DNA of 64,000 nt, from contig OY820579.1 of the NCBI GenBank assembly GCA_963681965.1, positions 640,001 through 704,000 of the forward strand. Reading direction: 5' to 3'. Each line of letters opens with the position of its first letter. The first letter of the stretch is position 1. Position numbers and translations under genes: made by a program. This DNA comes from a bacterium. GTDB taxonomy: Bacteria > Electryoneota > JAOADG01. Shown piece after piece: positions 28,677 to 40,134 of the stretch. The notes beneath the pieces are model-generated. The model saw nothing but the letters and a program-made list of their open reading frames with translations, did not search any database and was not told where the DNA came from.

Positions 28677-29810
28677 TCATCGATTAAACAGAAAAATTGC
28701 ATAGGGAGCAGGTCGATTACGCCACCGTTCATCATACCGATAAATTTTATTGTATCCCGTACCACCTTGTGTATTGCGATGAACGTAGCCTCTGCGATAT
28801 TGCATGATGCTACCATGGAGAAAAATGTTTCCGCGTTCGTCGGGACCGGGAACACAGATACCGGCATCGTTTGTATCGTTCTGATTCTCGAATGTAAAAC
28901 TGCTTCTTAATGCAATAATTTGAGCGGTAATGACAACGTCTCGACGCTGACTATTATCCGATGGAAAAAGGCGACCATTCTGGTGACCGTTCTCCCAGCT
29001 ATCGGCAATGAGGATTCCCGTATTGGGCGCTTTTCGATCATTGTCAGGTGGCTCATCAGCCTCGCTGATAAGGGTGATTGAGTTGATTGAATTGGCTGGA
29101 ACAAGCCACTGTGTCTCGACCGTTGCATCTTCGCAGCGCAAGTCTCCGACGATACGAATCGATCCCTCCGCGCCAATACCAATTCGCCCTCGCACAACCC
29201 CTTTTACCCACAGACACCCGTCGCAAAAGATCGGAAATGGTGATCCATACCACCATGAAAAACTACCTAGCGCTTCCGATTCAATTCCCATTGTAGAAGG
29301 TGTACCGGTATGCCATCGCCAGTATGTAGCAACCGTCCTATTTATCTCCAATCCATAGGTATACTGATAATGATTCGTCGAAAACCACCGCCCACCCCGA
29401 GATGCAACGAGTCGCAAACTATCCGCATTCATGGGAAATGGAACTCGACCGGTTTGTTCGCGATAGCCCGGACGAGGTAAACCGGCAAACGTCGATCCCT
29501 GCATTGAGTTGATATGACCGCCAGTCGAGACGAACCCGCTGAAGTATGCACCCTGATGAACGGGAATATCGGAATTGGAATGGATTGGATACATGACGGA
29601 ATCGCGACTCCAATAATAGAGGTAATCGGTAAATCGCGTTAGTTCCTGATCGGTGAGTAGACAGAAGTTGCTGGAATAAACCGGTTCTGCATAAATGGTG
29701 AGACAAACCGGGAAGAGAGTGATTAACAGAGTGTATATTAATAGGTTCCAACAATGAACCCGGTTGAAACTCTCTGAGTACATCATCATACTATCCTCAT
29801 CCATCTTCAA
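28677..29810 (-). CDS. Secreted paralogue of the PilX globular domain (copy B1)
   Basis: Signal peptide ...TIYA|EPVYSSNF; same conserved blocks; ends RNRPAPYAIF. Confidence 0.75.
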   Translation of the reverse strand: MKMDEDSMMMYSESFNRVHCWNLLIYTLLITLFPVCLTIYAEPVYSSNFCLLTDQELTRFTDYLYYWSRDSVMYPIHSNSDIPVHQGAYFSGFVSTGGHINSMQGSTFAGLPRPGYREQTGRVPFPMNADSLRLVASRGGRWFSTNHYQYTYGLEINRTVATYWRWHTGTPSTMGIESEALGSFSWWYGSPFPIFCDGCLWVKGVVRGRIGIGAEGSIRIVGDLRCEDATVETQWLVPANSINSITLISEADEPPDNDRKAPNTGILIADSWENGHQNGRLFPSDNSQRRDVVITAQIIALRSSFTFENQNDTNDAGICVPGPDERGNIFLHGSIMQYRRGYVHRNTQGGTGYNKIYRYDERWRNRPAPYAIFLFNR

Positions 29811-29990
29811 ATCATCACATTACGATCAGGAAAATCTACCGTCTCTCAATTTTTATTCTCATATACCATGTAATTTTTGCGCAATCATTCACAATTTTGC
29901 GTTCTCGTCGTCGATTTGGTGGTTTATTGACCGCCCTTCCAATAACTTACCGATATAACCCGTAGAATCTGTATTACCAAAGGAAATTCA

Positions 29991-30410
29991 ATGAAAACGA
30001 TTACTAAGTGGGTCGATGGTCTGCAAATGGTGTCCAATTCCGAAGCAGGACACGGATTACCGCTTGCATCGCGCCTTTCCGACAGCGAACCGTTAAATGG
30101 GATCCGTCCAGTCGAACTGTTACTCCACGCCCTTGCCGGGTGCAGTGGCATGGACGTGATATCGATATTGCAAAAGATGCGCCAACCGATCCGGAAATTC
30201 TCGATCGAGACGGATGGCGAGCGTTCCGAAACGCACCCGAAGGTCTTCACCAAAATCGCAGTCGTCTACAAATTCACTGGAAAAGGGATTGATCCGGCAG
30301 CCTGCGAAAAGGCAATCAAACTGAGCGAAGAGAAGTACTGTTCGGTGAGTGCGATGTTGCGAAAATCGTGTGAGATCACTACGCGATTCGAAATCATCGA
30401 GGAAGAATAG
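29991..30410 (+). CDS. OsmC/YhfA family protein
   Basis: RPVELLLHALAGCSGMDV, HPKVFTKI, LSEEKYCSV (two conserved Cys). Confidence 0.9.
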   Translation: MKTITKWVDGLQMVSNSEAGHGLPLASRLSDSEPLNGIRPVELLLHALAGCSGMDVISILQKMRQPIRKFSIETDGERSETHPKVFTKIAVVYKFTGKGIDPAACEKAIKLSEEKYCSVSAMLRKSCEITTRFEIIEEE

Positions 30411-30427
30411 CGGTTCCGGAAATCAGG

Positions 30428-32299
30428 CTACCGAACAACCAGCACTGGAATCTGCAGTTGGTGACGAACGGTATCGATCGTTTCACCGCGGAAGAGATCG
30501 CCGAATAGACGGTGTCCGTGCGCGCCCATCACGAGCAGATCGTTGCCGTTTTTTAAGACGAACCGCACCAGTGCGACCGAGGGCTCGCCGTGGAGTAACT
30601 GGATCTCCACCGGTATTTCCATTGCGCGAATTTCTTCAGCAATTTCTTCGAGATACACCATATCACCGCGGGCATGTTCATCGTCGGCATCGCCGTATAC
30701 CTGTGCCGACGCGGTATCAACCACGTGGATCAGCGTTACAGTTGCCTCTTCCGCTTTCGCCATCCGGACGGCATAGCTGATCACTTTCGCATCGGCATGG
30801 CTCCGGTCAAGTGCCACGGCTATATTATTCATCCGGTACGACTGAATATTCGCAATCACGTGCGTGGCGCGGGTTTCCGGTTGTGCTTTCCAGCCGTGAT
30901 GCTTTCTAAAAAACGGAACCAGCACGATATATCCGAGTCCGCCAAACAGTAGCGCGACGAATATCAGCAATCCCAATGACAACGGCAAAGAAAGTCCATC
31001 ACTTATCCAACCGGCAATGGAATCGTAAACCAATTTTCCGTTCAATGCCGTAATCAATAATCCGCTGATCCACGCCGCGACTTTCACCCACTGAGCGTTG
31101 ACGAATGTTCCCATTTTTACGCGATTGCTGGTAAAATGGATCAACGGGAAGATCGCAAATGGTAATTGCAAACTTAACACGACCTGACTAAGCAGCATTA
31201 ATTTGTAAGTACCACTATTACCCATTAAAGCGATCACCGCGACTGCCGGAACGATCGCCAGCGAGCGCGTAATCAGTCGCCGGAGCCACGGACGCAATCG
31301 AACCTCGACAAACCCTTCCATCACAATCTGACCTGCCAGTGTTCCGGTTAGTGTCGAACTCTGACCCGCAGCAAGCAGCGCCAAACCAAACAGCTTCGGT
31401 GCCAATTGACTGCCAATCAACGATTCCAGCAACTTATTCGCTTGCTGAATTTCAGTGACGACAACTCCATTTTTGTAGAATACCGTCGCGGCAACGATCA
31501 GAATTGCGACATTCACAAAAAATGCCGCATTCAGCGCAATGGTTGTATCGATCAAATTGTATTTGCAGGCATCGGCTTTACTCTCGACGTAGTGCGAGAT
31601 TTTCCGCGTCTGCACCAGCGCCGAGTGAAGATACAGATTGTGCGGCATCACCGTCGCGCCGATCATACCCAGTGCAATGAAAAGTGCGCCGGTTGGAAGC
31701 GTTGGCAGAAAACCGGTTGCGATTTCCGGGAGGGGTGGTTTAATCAAAAATAACTGAATCAGGAAACTGATTCCGATGGTGGAGACCATCAATAAAATGA
31801 AGCCTTCAATCTTGCGAATACCCAATCGCTGAATTGCAAACAACAGGAACGTATCGAACAGCGTGACGAGACATCCCCACAACAGCGGCAATCCAAACAA
31901 CAGATTTAATCCGAGAACGGTACCTAGTACTTCGGCAAGATCGCAGGCGATAATCGCTATTTCACAGATGATCCACAAAAAAATCGCAATCGGTTTGGGA
32001 TATTCGGAGCGGCATGCTTGTGCCAAATCTTTTCCGGTCGCAATTCCAAGTCGCGCCGCCAATGTTTGCAGCAACACCGCCATCAAATTCGAAAGCAGCA
32101 ACACCCAAATCAGTGCAAATCCGAACCGCGAGCCGCCCTCCAAATCGGTCGCCCAATTGCCGGGATCCATATAGCCGACGCTGACCAGATACGCTGGTCC
32201 GAAAAACGCAAAGAGACGATGAAACGTCCGTTTCCGGTCGGTGGAAACGGATGCATTCACTTCGGACAAGGATTTTGATGATGGTGCTGACATAATCAA
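30428..32299 (-). CDS. mntH: NRAMP divalent metal transporter MntH with C-terminal universal stress protein domain
   Basis: GYMDPGNW, GATVMPHNLYLHS, GQSST, then IAVALD...HVV...G.P...LLVMGAHGH...G (USP). Confidence 0.92.
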   Translation of the reverse strand: MIMSAPSSKSLSEVNASVSTDRKRTFHRLFAFFGPAYLVSVGYMDPGNWATDLEGGSRFGFALIWVLLLSNLMAVLLQTLAARLGIATGKDLAQACRSEYPKPIAIFLWIICEIAIIACDLAEVLGTVLGLNLLFGLPLLWGCLVTLFDTFLLFAIQRLGIRKIEGFILLMVSTIGISFLIQLFLIKPPLPEIATGFLPTLPTGALFIALGMIGATVMPHNLYLHSALVQTRKISHYVESKADACKYNLIDTTIALNAAFFVNVAILIVAATVFYKNGVVVTEIQQANKLLESLIGSQLAPKLFGLALLAAGQSSTLTGTLAGQIVMEGFVEVRLRPWLRRLITRSLAIVPAVAVIALMGNSGTYKLMLLSQVVLSLQLPFAIFPLIHFTSNRVKMGTFVNAQWVKVAAWISGLLITALNGKLVYDSIAGWISDGLSLPLSLGLLIFVALLFGGLGYIVLVPFFRKHHGWKAQPETRATHVIANIQSYRMNNIAVALDRSHADAKVISYAVRMAKAEEATVTLIHVVDTASAQVYGDADDEHARGDMVYLEEIAEEIRAMEIPVEIQLLHGEPSVALVRFVLKNGNDLLVMGAHGHRLFGDLFRGETIDTVRHQLQIPVLVVR

Positions 32300-32336
32300 A
32301 AAGTATTACGAACCGATCTGGTCAATCTATGGAAAT

Positions 32337-32362
32337 CAGGGCAGACTGTTCAGCCTGCCCTG
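32337..32362. terminator. GC-rich hairpin downstream of the LVIVD-repeat gene
   Basis: CAGGGCAG-N10-CTGCCCTG. Confidence 0.45.
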
Positions 32363-32395
32363 CGGATAATGCATTAGTAGTCGACTGAATAATTG

Positions 32396-34231
32396 CTACT
32401 TGAGCAATACGACTTTCATCACTTCGCTATAGCGTCCCGCCGTAAATCTTACGAGATACACGCCGGAAGCGAGATTCTCGCCGTTGATCCGGAACTCGTA
32501 TGCTCCCGGTCCTGCCAATTTGCGCGTTTGCTCCAAAACAGATTTACCCAACAGATCGTACATTGCCAAATGCGATTCACATGCCGACGGCACATGACAG
32601 CGAATTACCGTCGATGCATTGAATGGATTGGGATATGCCGGTTCCAACTTAAATTCGGTTGGTAGTACCGGATCGTCGACGCCATTTAATCGAATTGCGA
32701 CTGAAATCGCCGCAGAATAGAACGAATCGGGGTATTGTGCAATCATCAACAAAGCAGAAGATGCGGTATCTCCAGTAACGGTCCAGCGCAAAGAATCGTC
32801 TGTCGTAAATCCGATTCGCGTAGTACGACTGTTGCGAATCACCTTCACGATTACATTGACGCCTTCACTGTTTGCCCACCGGATCGTGTGGAGTGTATTC
32901 ATGTCCCATGACTCGCCGCGTGCCGGACTGATGATCGCCAGCGGTGTGAGCGGACCCTTGATAATGAAGGTCGGCGAAACACCGAAGATCGTCGAATCGG
33001 TTAGCGATATCACGCGAATGACACAAGGCGAATTGACGAGATTGAACGGATTGTATACTCGCCAGGTATATTGTCCATCGGATACCGCAGCACGACCGAT
33101 GGTTGTCCACGATTGCGGGGTCGCTCGCGAAATTTGGATTTTTACGCTGTCTTCGACGTTAATGCTATTCCATCCAATTGTGGTGTAATCGCGCGAGCGT
33201 AAGGTATCGCCGGTAGTCGGCGAGATCGTCCAAATGTGCTGTTGGAAATAGACTCGTCCAAAATTATAAATTACCAAGCCGCTTGAATCTGCCGCCAGAT
33301 AAGCAAAGCTGTCGCGAACCGCGATACCGCGAGCTACGCCGCGTGTTGTGTTACCCATCTTCCGGTGATAGGCTTGTAGCGATGGGTGTGATCCCGTATA
33401 GCTGGCAATATTCAATCCCGAGTCGGCTGATGCCCAGCAAACGAGCGTATCGATTTTTGTCACGCCGCGCGCATTGGGGATGGCAATCGAATCGACATAG
33501 CGCATTGAACTTGGACTGGCAATATTGACGATGTGCTGATAGGTTCCGGTAATGCTGGCAAGAAAGGCACGATTGCCGTCCACACAGACATCGATTACCC
33601 GCTCTCCGCCACCCGGAGCCAATGTTTGAAGAATCGTCATCGACCCAATACTGGTGACATCCACTGCCGTAAAACCGCTTGTGAATGACGCCACGTAAGC
33701 TGTTGTGCCAACCACTTTCACAGCATAGGCATTGCCGGGTGTGGTGATCGATCCCAACAACGACGGTGCCGCCGGATTGGCAACGCTGTATACATACAAC
33801 CCACCGACATCGGCGGCGACATATGCAATCGTGTCGATTACGCATACCCCTCGTACCGATCCGGTTGCCGGGACAATACTCCCGCGCGCTACCGGATTGG
33901 CTGGATCCGCGACACTGACAATCTGCAACCCACTAGCGCGCGTTGCCAGATATACCAGCGAATCGACCACATTCAAACCTTGAACCCAACCGGGACAATT
34001 GTAATGTCCAGTGATAATCGGAGTGGTCGGGTCGGTAATGTCGATCACCCGAAGTCCGCTGTCGTCGTTCGCGACATAAGCATAATTGCCCAGCACTTTT
34101 ACATCGTAAGCCTGTTCACCCGTTGTGCGCATCCCTACGCGCGACACAAACAGACTATCGACCGACCAGCAGGTAGAGGTCATAAGCAGAAGTACAGCAG
34201 AAATCATCAAACAATATTTCATCATTTTCAT
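32396..34231 (-). CDS. Secreted LVIVD-repeat beta-propeller protein with Ig-like domains and Por-secretion-tail-like CTD
   Basis: Signal peptide; repeats YAYVA..DSGL.VIDI.DP; C-terminal AYPNPFNAST...YDLLG...ASGVYLVR...VLLK. Confidence 0.85.
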   Translation of the reverse strand: MKMMKYCLMISAVLLLMTSTCWSVDSLFVSRVGMRTTGEQAYDVKVLGNYAYVANDDSGLRVIDITDPTTPIITGHYNCPGWVQGLNVVDSLVYLATRASGLQIVSVADPANPVARGSIVPATGSVRGVCVIDTIAYVAADVGGLYVYSVANPAAPSLLGSITTPGNAYAVKVVGTTAYVASFTSGFTAVDVTSIGSMTILQTLAPGGGERVIDVCVDGNRAFLASITGTYQHIVNIASPSSMRYVDSIAIPNARGVTKIDTLVCWASADSGLNIASYTGSHPSLQAYHRKMGNTTRGVARGIAVRDSFAYLAADSSGLVIYNFGRVYFQQHIWTISPTTGDTLRSRDYTTIGWNSINVEDSVKIQISRATPQSWTTIGRAAVSDGQYTWRVYNPFNLVNSPCVIRVISLTDSTIFGVSPTFIIKGPLTPLAIISPARGESWDMNTLHTIRWANSEGVNVIVKVIRNSRTTRIGFTTDDSLRWTVTGDTASSALLMIAQYPDSFYSAAISVAIRLNGVDDPVLPTEFKLEPAYPNPFNASTVIRCHVPSACESHLAMYDLLGKSVLEQTRKLAGPGAYEFRINGENLASGVYLVRFTAGRYSEVMKVVLLK

Positions 34232-34477
34232 CGGAAGTCCTCTTGGTTGGTTGTACAGAGGTAGGATCGCCGGCATCGGATATGCCGAATACGAGAAAGT
34301 AATAAGGATCCGATCGATATAAAAGACAAAAACAGTCAGTTGACAATATTTTTACTAACTGACGCCGGCAAAACGAAAACAATCGGATTTTCCGGATGGG
34401 GAGAGGGTATCGATTAACCGAGGAAAGTGTTTAAATCAAGCATTCTGTCATAATACTGTAACGAATTGACACATTCG

Positions 34478-35023
34478 TTACTTAATCTTGATCATTTTAT
34501 CCACGGCGAAGCCCATCGTTTTCGCACGATCGAGCACTTTGTTGTAGGTAGAATCGGGTAACTGGGGTGTGCGACTGAGTATCCAGAGGTACTTGCGGCT
34601 TGGTTCGCCAACAAGTGAATAGGAATAATTATCCGGTAAATCTAGGATCCAGTAGGTACCCCAGACCATCGGCAGAAAACTGAGCCATTTAGGCGCGAAC
34701 CGGACCTCTAATTTCGAGTTCGGTCCCGTTGCAGAATGTAATCGTGCTTCACCAATTGCCTCTTTGAGGCTACCATCCGATTTCTGGCACCGATTGACGA
34801 CACTTATTATTCCATCGGACTGTTTAGTATAAGTCGCAGTAATTTCTCCATCGCACCCACGCTCAAACCAATTCGGCAAGCGTGCAACTTCATACCAAAC
34901 TCCGCAATAGCGATCCAGATCGACTTGAGGAACAGCAGTTACCGGTTGTACCGGTTTGTTTGCCGATGCCAATGAAATAAACCCAGACGCAGCAATGATG
35001 ATAACACTTAAAAGACGTTTCAT
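34478..35023 (-). CDS. Bacterial lipocalin (Blc-like)
   Basis: VDLDRYCGVWYEVAR, YWILDL, YLWILSRTP. Confidence 0.88.
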   Translation of the reverse strand: MKRLLSVIIIAASGFISLASANKPVQPVTAVPQVDLDRYCGVWYEVARLPNWFERGCDGEITATYTKQSDGIISVVNRCQKSDGSLKEAIGEARLHSATGPNSKLEVRFAPKWLSFLPMVWGTYWILDLPDNYSYSLVGEPSRKYLWILSRTPQLPDSTYNKVLDRAKTMGFAVDKMIKIK

Positions 35024-35868
35024 TCCATATATTCCGTTAATAATTTCACTGCGATCGTTTCGACAAGCTCAATATCTTGTACGAAAACCCCCTCTTTGGA
35101 ACAGTGATACGGAAAGATCGCCGGTTCGATAGCAATCGATGGAATGGCGCTGCCGGGCGCTTCATTTAATAATTTGCCGAATTCGAGATAATCGTTGGTG
35201 TTGTTGCGGTGCACAACTTCCGGGAAGTTGGTGGTAAACCACGCTTCCAATCGTATGGTTTTGTCCGTCAATTCGGGACTTGGATCCAGATTATTCAATT
35301 CCCAATGCCGACTATACAACGCTACACCGGGTGTCCCTTTAAAAAATGGAGTGGTATCAATGGTAACGACCATTGCGGGAACACGATTCGTCGCCAGCAA
35401 GTGTCGCGACAGTCGTTGTGCACCAATCCCGTGATACAGCCCTTCACCGCCATTTCGGAGCAATGGCACAAGTGCTGGATTGGCAATATTCTCTTCGATT
35501 TCCGAAAACAGAAATTGCAGTGGGGGGAAATTCTGCTCGGAGCAGTGCTCGAGAATATGCAACAGAATTCCAACGCCAGTGGCGTCGTCGAGTTGACCGG
35601 TTAGGTGAGCTTCGTCGAGAACGATCGGCAAATCGGTCGTTAGATTCTCGCCATAATGATTGATTTTATCCAGATGAGCCGCTAATGCGATCGGTGCACA
35701 TTTTCGCTTGCCCGGTACCGTAACGATCAAATTGTTGTCCGCGACAATTTCAATTTTAGCATCCGGAACCTTCAATGCGGCGTCGCGAACCAATGGGTGA
35801 ATCCGCTCCTCATAGCTACTGAATGAAGGCACTTTCGCGGCTGCCATGACCCAATCGATAACGTTCAT
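35020..35868 (-). CDS. Zn-dependent peptidase/aminoacylase-like protein (M20/M28/M42 clan)
   Basis: AHLD, GQLDDATGV, SEIEE, IDT, YH metal-ligand pattern; start at ATG 35868 after GGAG. Confidence 0.7.
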   Translation of the reverse strand: MNVIDWVMAAAKVPSFSSYEERIHPLVRDAALKVPDAKIEIVADNNLIVTVPGKRKCAPIALAAHLDKINHYGENLTTDLPIVLDEAHLTGQLDDATGVGILLHILEHCSEQNFPPLQFLFSEIEENIANPALVPLLRNGGEGLYHGIGAQRLSRHLLATNRVPAMVVTIDTTPFFKGTPGVALYSRHWELNNLDPSPELTDKTIRLEAWFTTNFPEVVHRNNTNDYLEFGKLLNEAPGSAIPSIAIEPAIFPYHCSKEGVFVQDIELVETIAVKLLTEYME

Positions 35869-36275
35869 CTTGATCTCCTGAAACTGATCCAATATACATG
35901 AACCGATATACCGAACACTATCATTCCTCGCAGTCCGATCAATAATATTCGATCGTTTCAAAACTCTTTTGTCTGAAAAATTCCGACCGAAGATTCGCGT
36001 ACGTTTCCCTAATTCGAAAACTCATCGGTAATTGTGACGAAGCGATCGAGTGATTTACGATTAAACTGGTGAAACCCTTCACGTTCGATTAATAATCAAC
36101 CGCATAGCTACTCCGATTCAAAACCGGCAATCAATAATCTTGAGAAATACTTCAAAACCGTTACAATTTCTATTAATAGCAACGTATTACTGACATATTC
36201 ACGAAACCGGCGCAGTCCGGCACTCATTTCAAGTACTTTGTCCAATATTTTATGCACTTTTCCGGGGGGAATCGT

Positions 36276-38237
<1,962 letters not shown>

Positions 38238-38258
38238 TCCACGATTATTCTCTGTATA

Positions 38259-38479
38259 GTAGAGGCGGACTTCTATGTCCGCCCGTTTTTTTATTCTGTT
38301 CTCTTCGCGGTGGCGCAGGCATCCGAGCCTGCATAAATATTCTTTTCCGTAGGTCAGAATTTATTCTGACCACATCTTGAATTTTTTTGTTTGGCGAGTT
38401 ACAAACCGCCCTTCGGTTCGTTCGTAAACTGACTCAAAATGACAAAAAAGCGGATGAAAGGCGGCCCTGAAGGGCCACC
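38259..38479. repeat. Cluster of REP-like hairpins downstream of acs; the first also resembles an intrinsic terminator
   Basis: GTAGAGGCGGACTTCTATGTCCGCCCG+T-tract (38259-38292), GCAGGC..GCCTGC (~38315-38332), GTAGGTCAGAATTTATTCTGACC (38349-38371), GGCGGCCCTGAAGGGCCACC (38460-38479). Confidence 0.6.
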
Positions 38480-38502
38480 TCCGATTAATCATATCGTGGT
38501 TA

Positions 38503-38614
38503 TTGAAAAAAAAGTTGTCATGATTCTGTGTCAGGCTTCGCCTGACCTGCGGGAGGCCGCGGTGGGCCTCCCATACTATCCGATGACAAGTTATTTTCAA
38601 GAGATACTATATAA
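38503..38614. mobile_element. Non-autonomous MITE/REPIN-like element, copy A
   Basis: Imperfect TIRs TTGAAAAAAAAGTTGTCAT...ATGACAAGTTATTTTCAA; internal GTCAGGCTTCGCCTGAC hairpin; close match to 52513-52624. Confidence 0.7.
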
Positions 38615-38615
38615 C

Positions 38616-38642
38616 AAAAGGGCGGACATCTGCTGTCCGCCC
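38616..38642 (-). terminator. Intrinsic terminator of the 38669-39904 gene
   Basis: AAAA-GGGCGGAC-N7-GTCCGCCC (U-tract on minus strand). Confidence 0.6.
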
Positions 38643-38668
38643 AATTTCACTGAGAAGATTAGATGAGT

Positions 38669-39904
38669 CTACTTCAAATAGATCAGCTTTTTCGCTGTCG
38701 AAAATCCGTTGGCATCCATCCGGTACATATATACACCGGCTGCCAATCCATTTGCATCGAGCGTCACCCGGTAGTGATTCGCCTGATGGAAACTATTCAC
38801 AATTGTCCGAATTTCGCGTCCCTGCAAATCGTACAGCGCAATACGAACATTTCCGGCGCGTGCGACGGCATACGAGATTTCCGTCGAGTGGTTGAATGGA
38901 TTCGGGAAATTCTGCTTGAGTGCATATTTCCCGGGAATGACGGCAATCTGTTCCGCTGTCGGAGTTGCCATCACGACATTCGGATGAATCTGTTCGATAC
39001 CATCGAGACTGACATCGCTCAACCGGTAATAGTAGGTGGCACCATTTTCCACCCGGGTATCGGTAAAGCTGTAATCCATCGGTGTCGCAACGGTGCCGCG
39101 TCCCGGAACAACTGTAAGCACATTGCCCACAGCACTCGGATCGGTTGAACGGTACAAATTGAATTGCCGGTTATTGACTTCCGATTCGACCCGCCACTGC
39201 AGTGTCACTTCACTATTTCCCGTCACGGCGCTAAATGAAGCCAGCGTTACCGGTAAAATGTCGTTCATCACGATCTGAATATTCGGGGCATAAAATCGAC
39301 GTTGTCCGACTAAAGTATTTGCCGATGCTTCGGTATTTTTCTCCGTCATGAAGAATCGCGCCAATGCACTGGGTGTATTGCGATATTGACCGCCCAAATC
39401 GCTTGCACCCGCCGCGCTTACATCAATCACGGTAAAGACCATCAGATTGTCGACGCCATTGTAATCGAACGGAGCAATGGCAAAATCCTGCCATGCCATC
39501 CCAATACCAACTCCGGAGTAATTGGCATCGACATAAACGAGCGTCGCGCCAGCCACCAAATCGTTGTACACCGGCATTACCGGAATTTCATTGTAAGCGA
39601 CATGCTTCAGATAAATCAATAAATGCCGGGAAGCCTGATTCATGGCATAAGCCTGTGCGGGATACCAGCGCAGATTCGTTATCGTGCCGGCACGACCAAT
39701 TTCGGCTGCCATGTATATCCCAGCCGTTCGGTAATTCTTGTACACATCCCCGAATGGATGCCGGACTTGATCCGCACCCATTCCGATGGTGACGGTGGAA
39801 TTCAGCTCATCGGTACTCGATAGCGCAAGATTGGACAGAAGAAAGAGCGGAAATAGAACAAACAGCAGACTGAAAACAGTGTTAAACTTTGACAATTTCG
39901 TCAT
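38669..39904 (-). CDS. Secreted protein with 'LPVTL' Fn3-like module and Por-secretion-tail-like CTD
   Basis: Signal peptide; LPVTLASFSA...LQW..ESE.NN..F..YRS; QNFPNPFNHST...YDLQGR...AGVYMYR...IYLK; RBS GGAGG before ATG 39904. Confidence 0.82.
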   Translation of the reverse strand: MTKLSKFNTVFSLLFVLFPLFLLSNLALSSTDELNSTVTIGMGADQVRHPFGDVYKNYRTAGIYMAAEIGRAGTITNLRWYPAQAYAMNQASRHLLIYLKHVAYNEIPVMPVYNDLVAGATLVYVDANYSGVGIGMAWQDFAIAPFDYNGVDNLMVFTVIDVSAAGASDLGGQYRNTPSALARFFMTEKNTEASANTLVGQRRFYAPNIQIVMNDILPVTLASFSAVTGNSEVTLQWRVESEVNNRQFNLYRSTDPSAVGNVLTVVPGRGTVATPMDYSFTDTRVENGATYYYRLSDVSLDGIEQIHPNVVMATPTAEQIAVIPGKYALKQNFPNPFNHSTEISYAVARAGNVRIALYDLQGREIRTIVNSFHQANHYRVTLDANGLAAGVYMYRMDANGFSTAKKLIYLK

Positions 39905-39999
39905 AATTACCTCCAAAATCGGTGATTGAAGATGAATGAGTAAGTGCGATGGATAAAACCAATTTCATTATATCAATTCAGGGCTTTCAAATACACAAC

Positions 40000-40050
40000 T
40001 ACTACCGTATAATAGTAATAGTGATTCTATGATACTACCGTATTGTAGTA
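40000..40050. promoter_or_regulatory. Two palindromic operator-like boxes between the divergent secreted-protein and trmB-like genes
   Basis: TACTACCGTATAATAGTA (40000-40017) and TACTACCGTATTGTAGTA (40033-40050). Confidence 0.7.
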
Positions 40051-40134
40051 ATTCAAAATCGATTGTATCTTTTTTCGCGGCTAGAGTTGACTGAAATCAC
40101 ATAATTCTCTGTTTTTGGTCCGGTTGGAGGCAAT

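Noticed and set aside
22225-29810. Shufflon, DGR or silent pilS-type cassette explanation for the paralogue array
   Set aside because: All copies are co-oriented intact ORFs with their own signal peptides. I saw no invertase, inverted recombination sites, reverse transcriptase or adenine-specific TR/VR pair in the window.
38259-38642. Possible CRISPR array
   Set aside because: Hairpins differ in sequence and spacing; there are no identical direct repeats with unique spacers and no cas genes.
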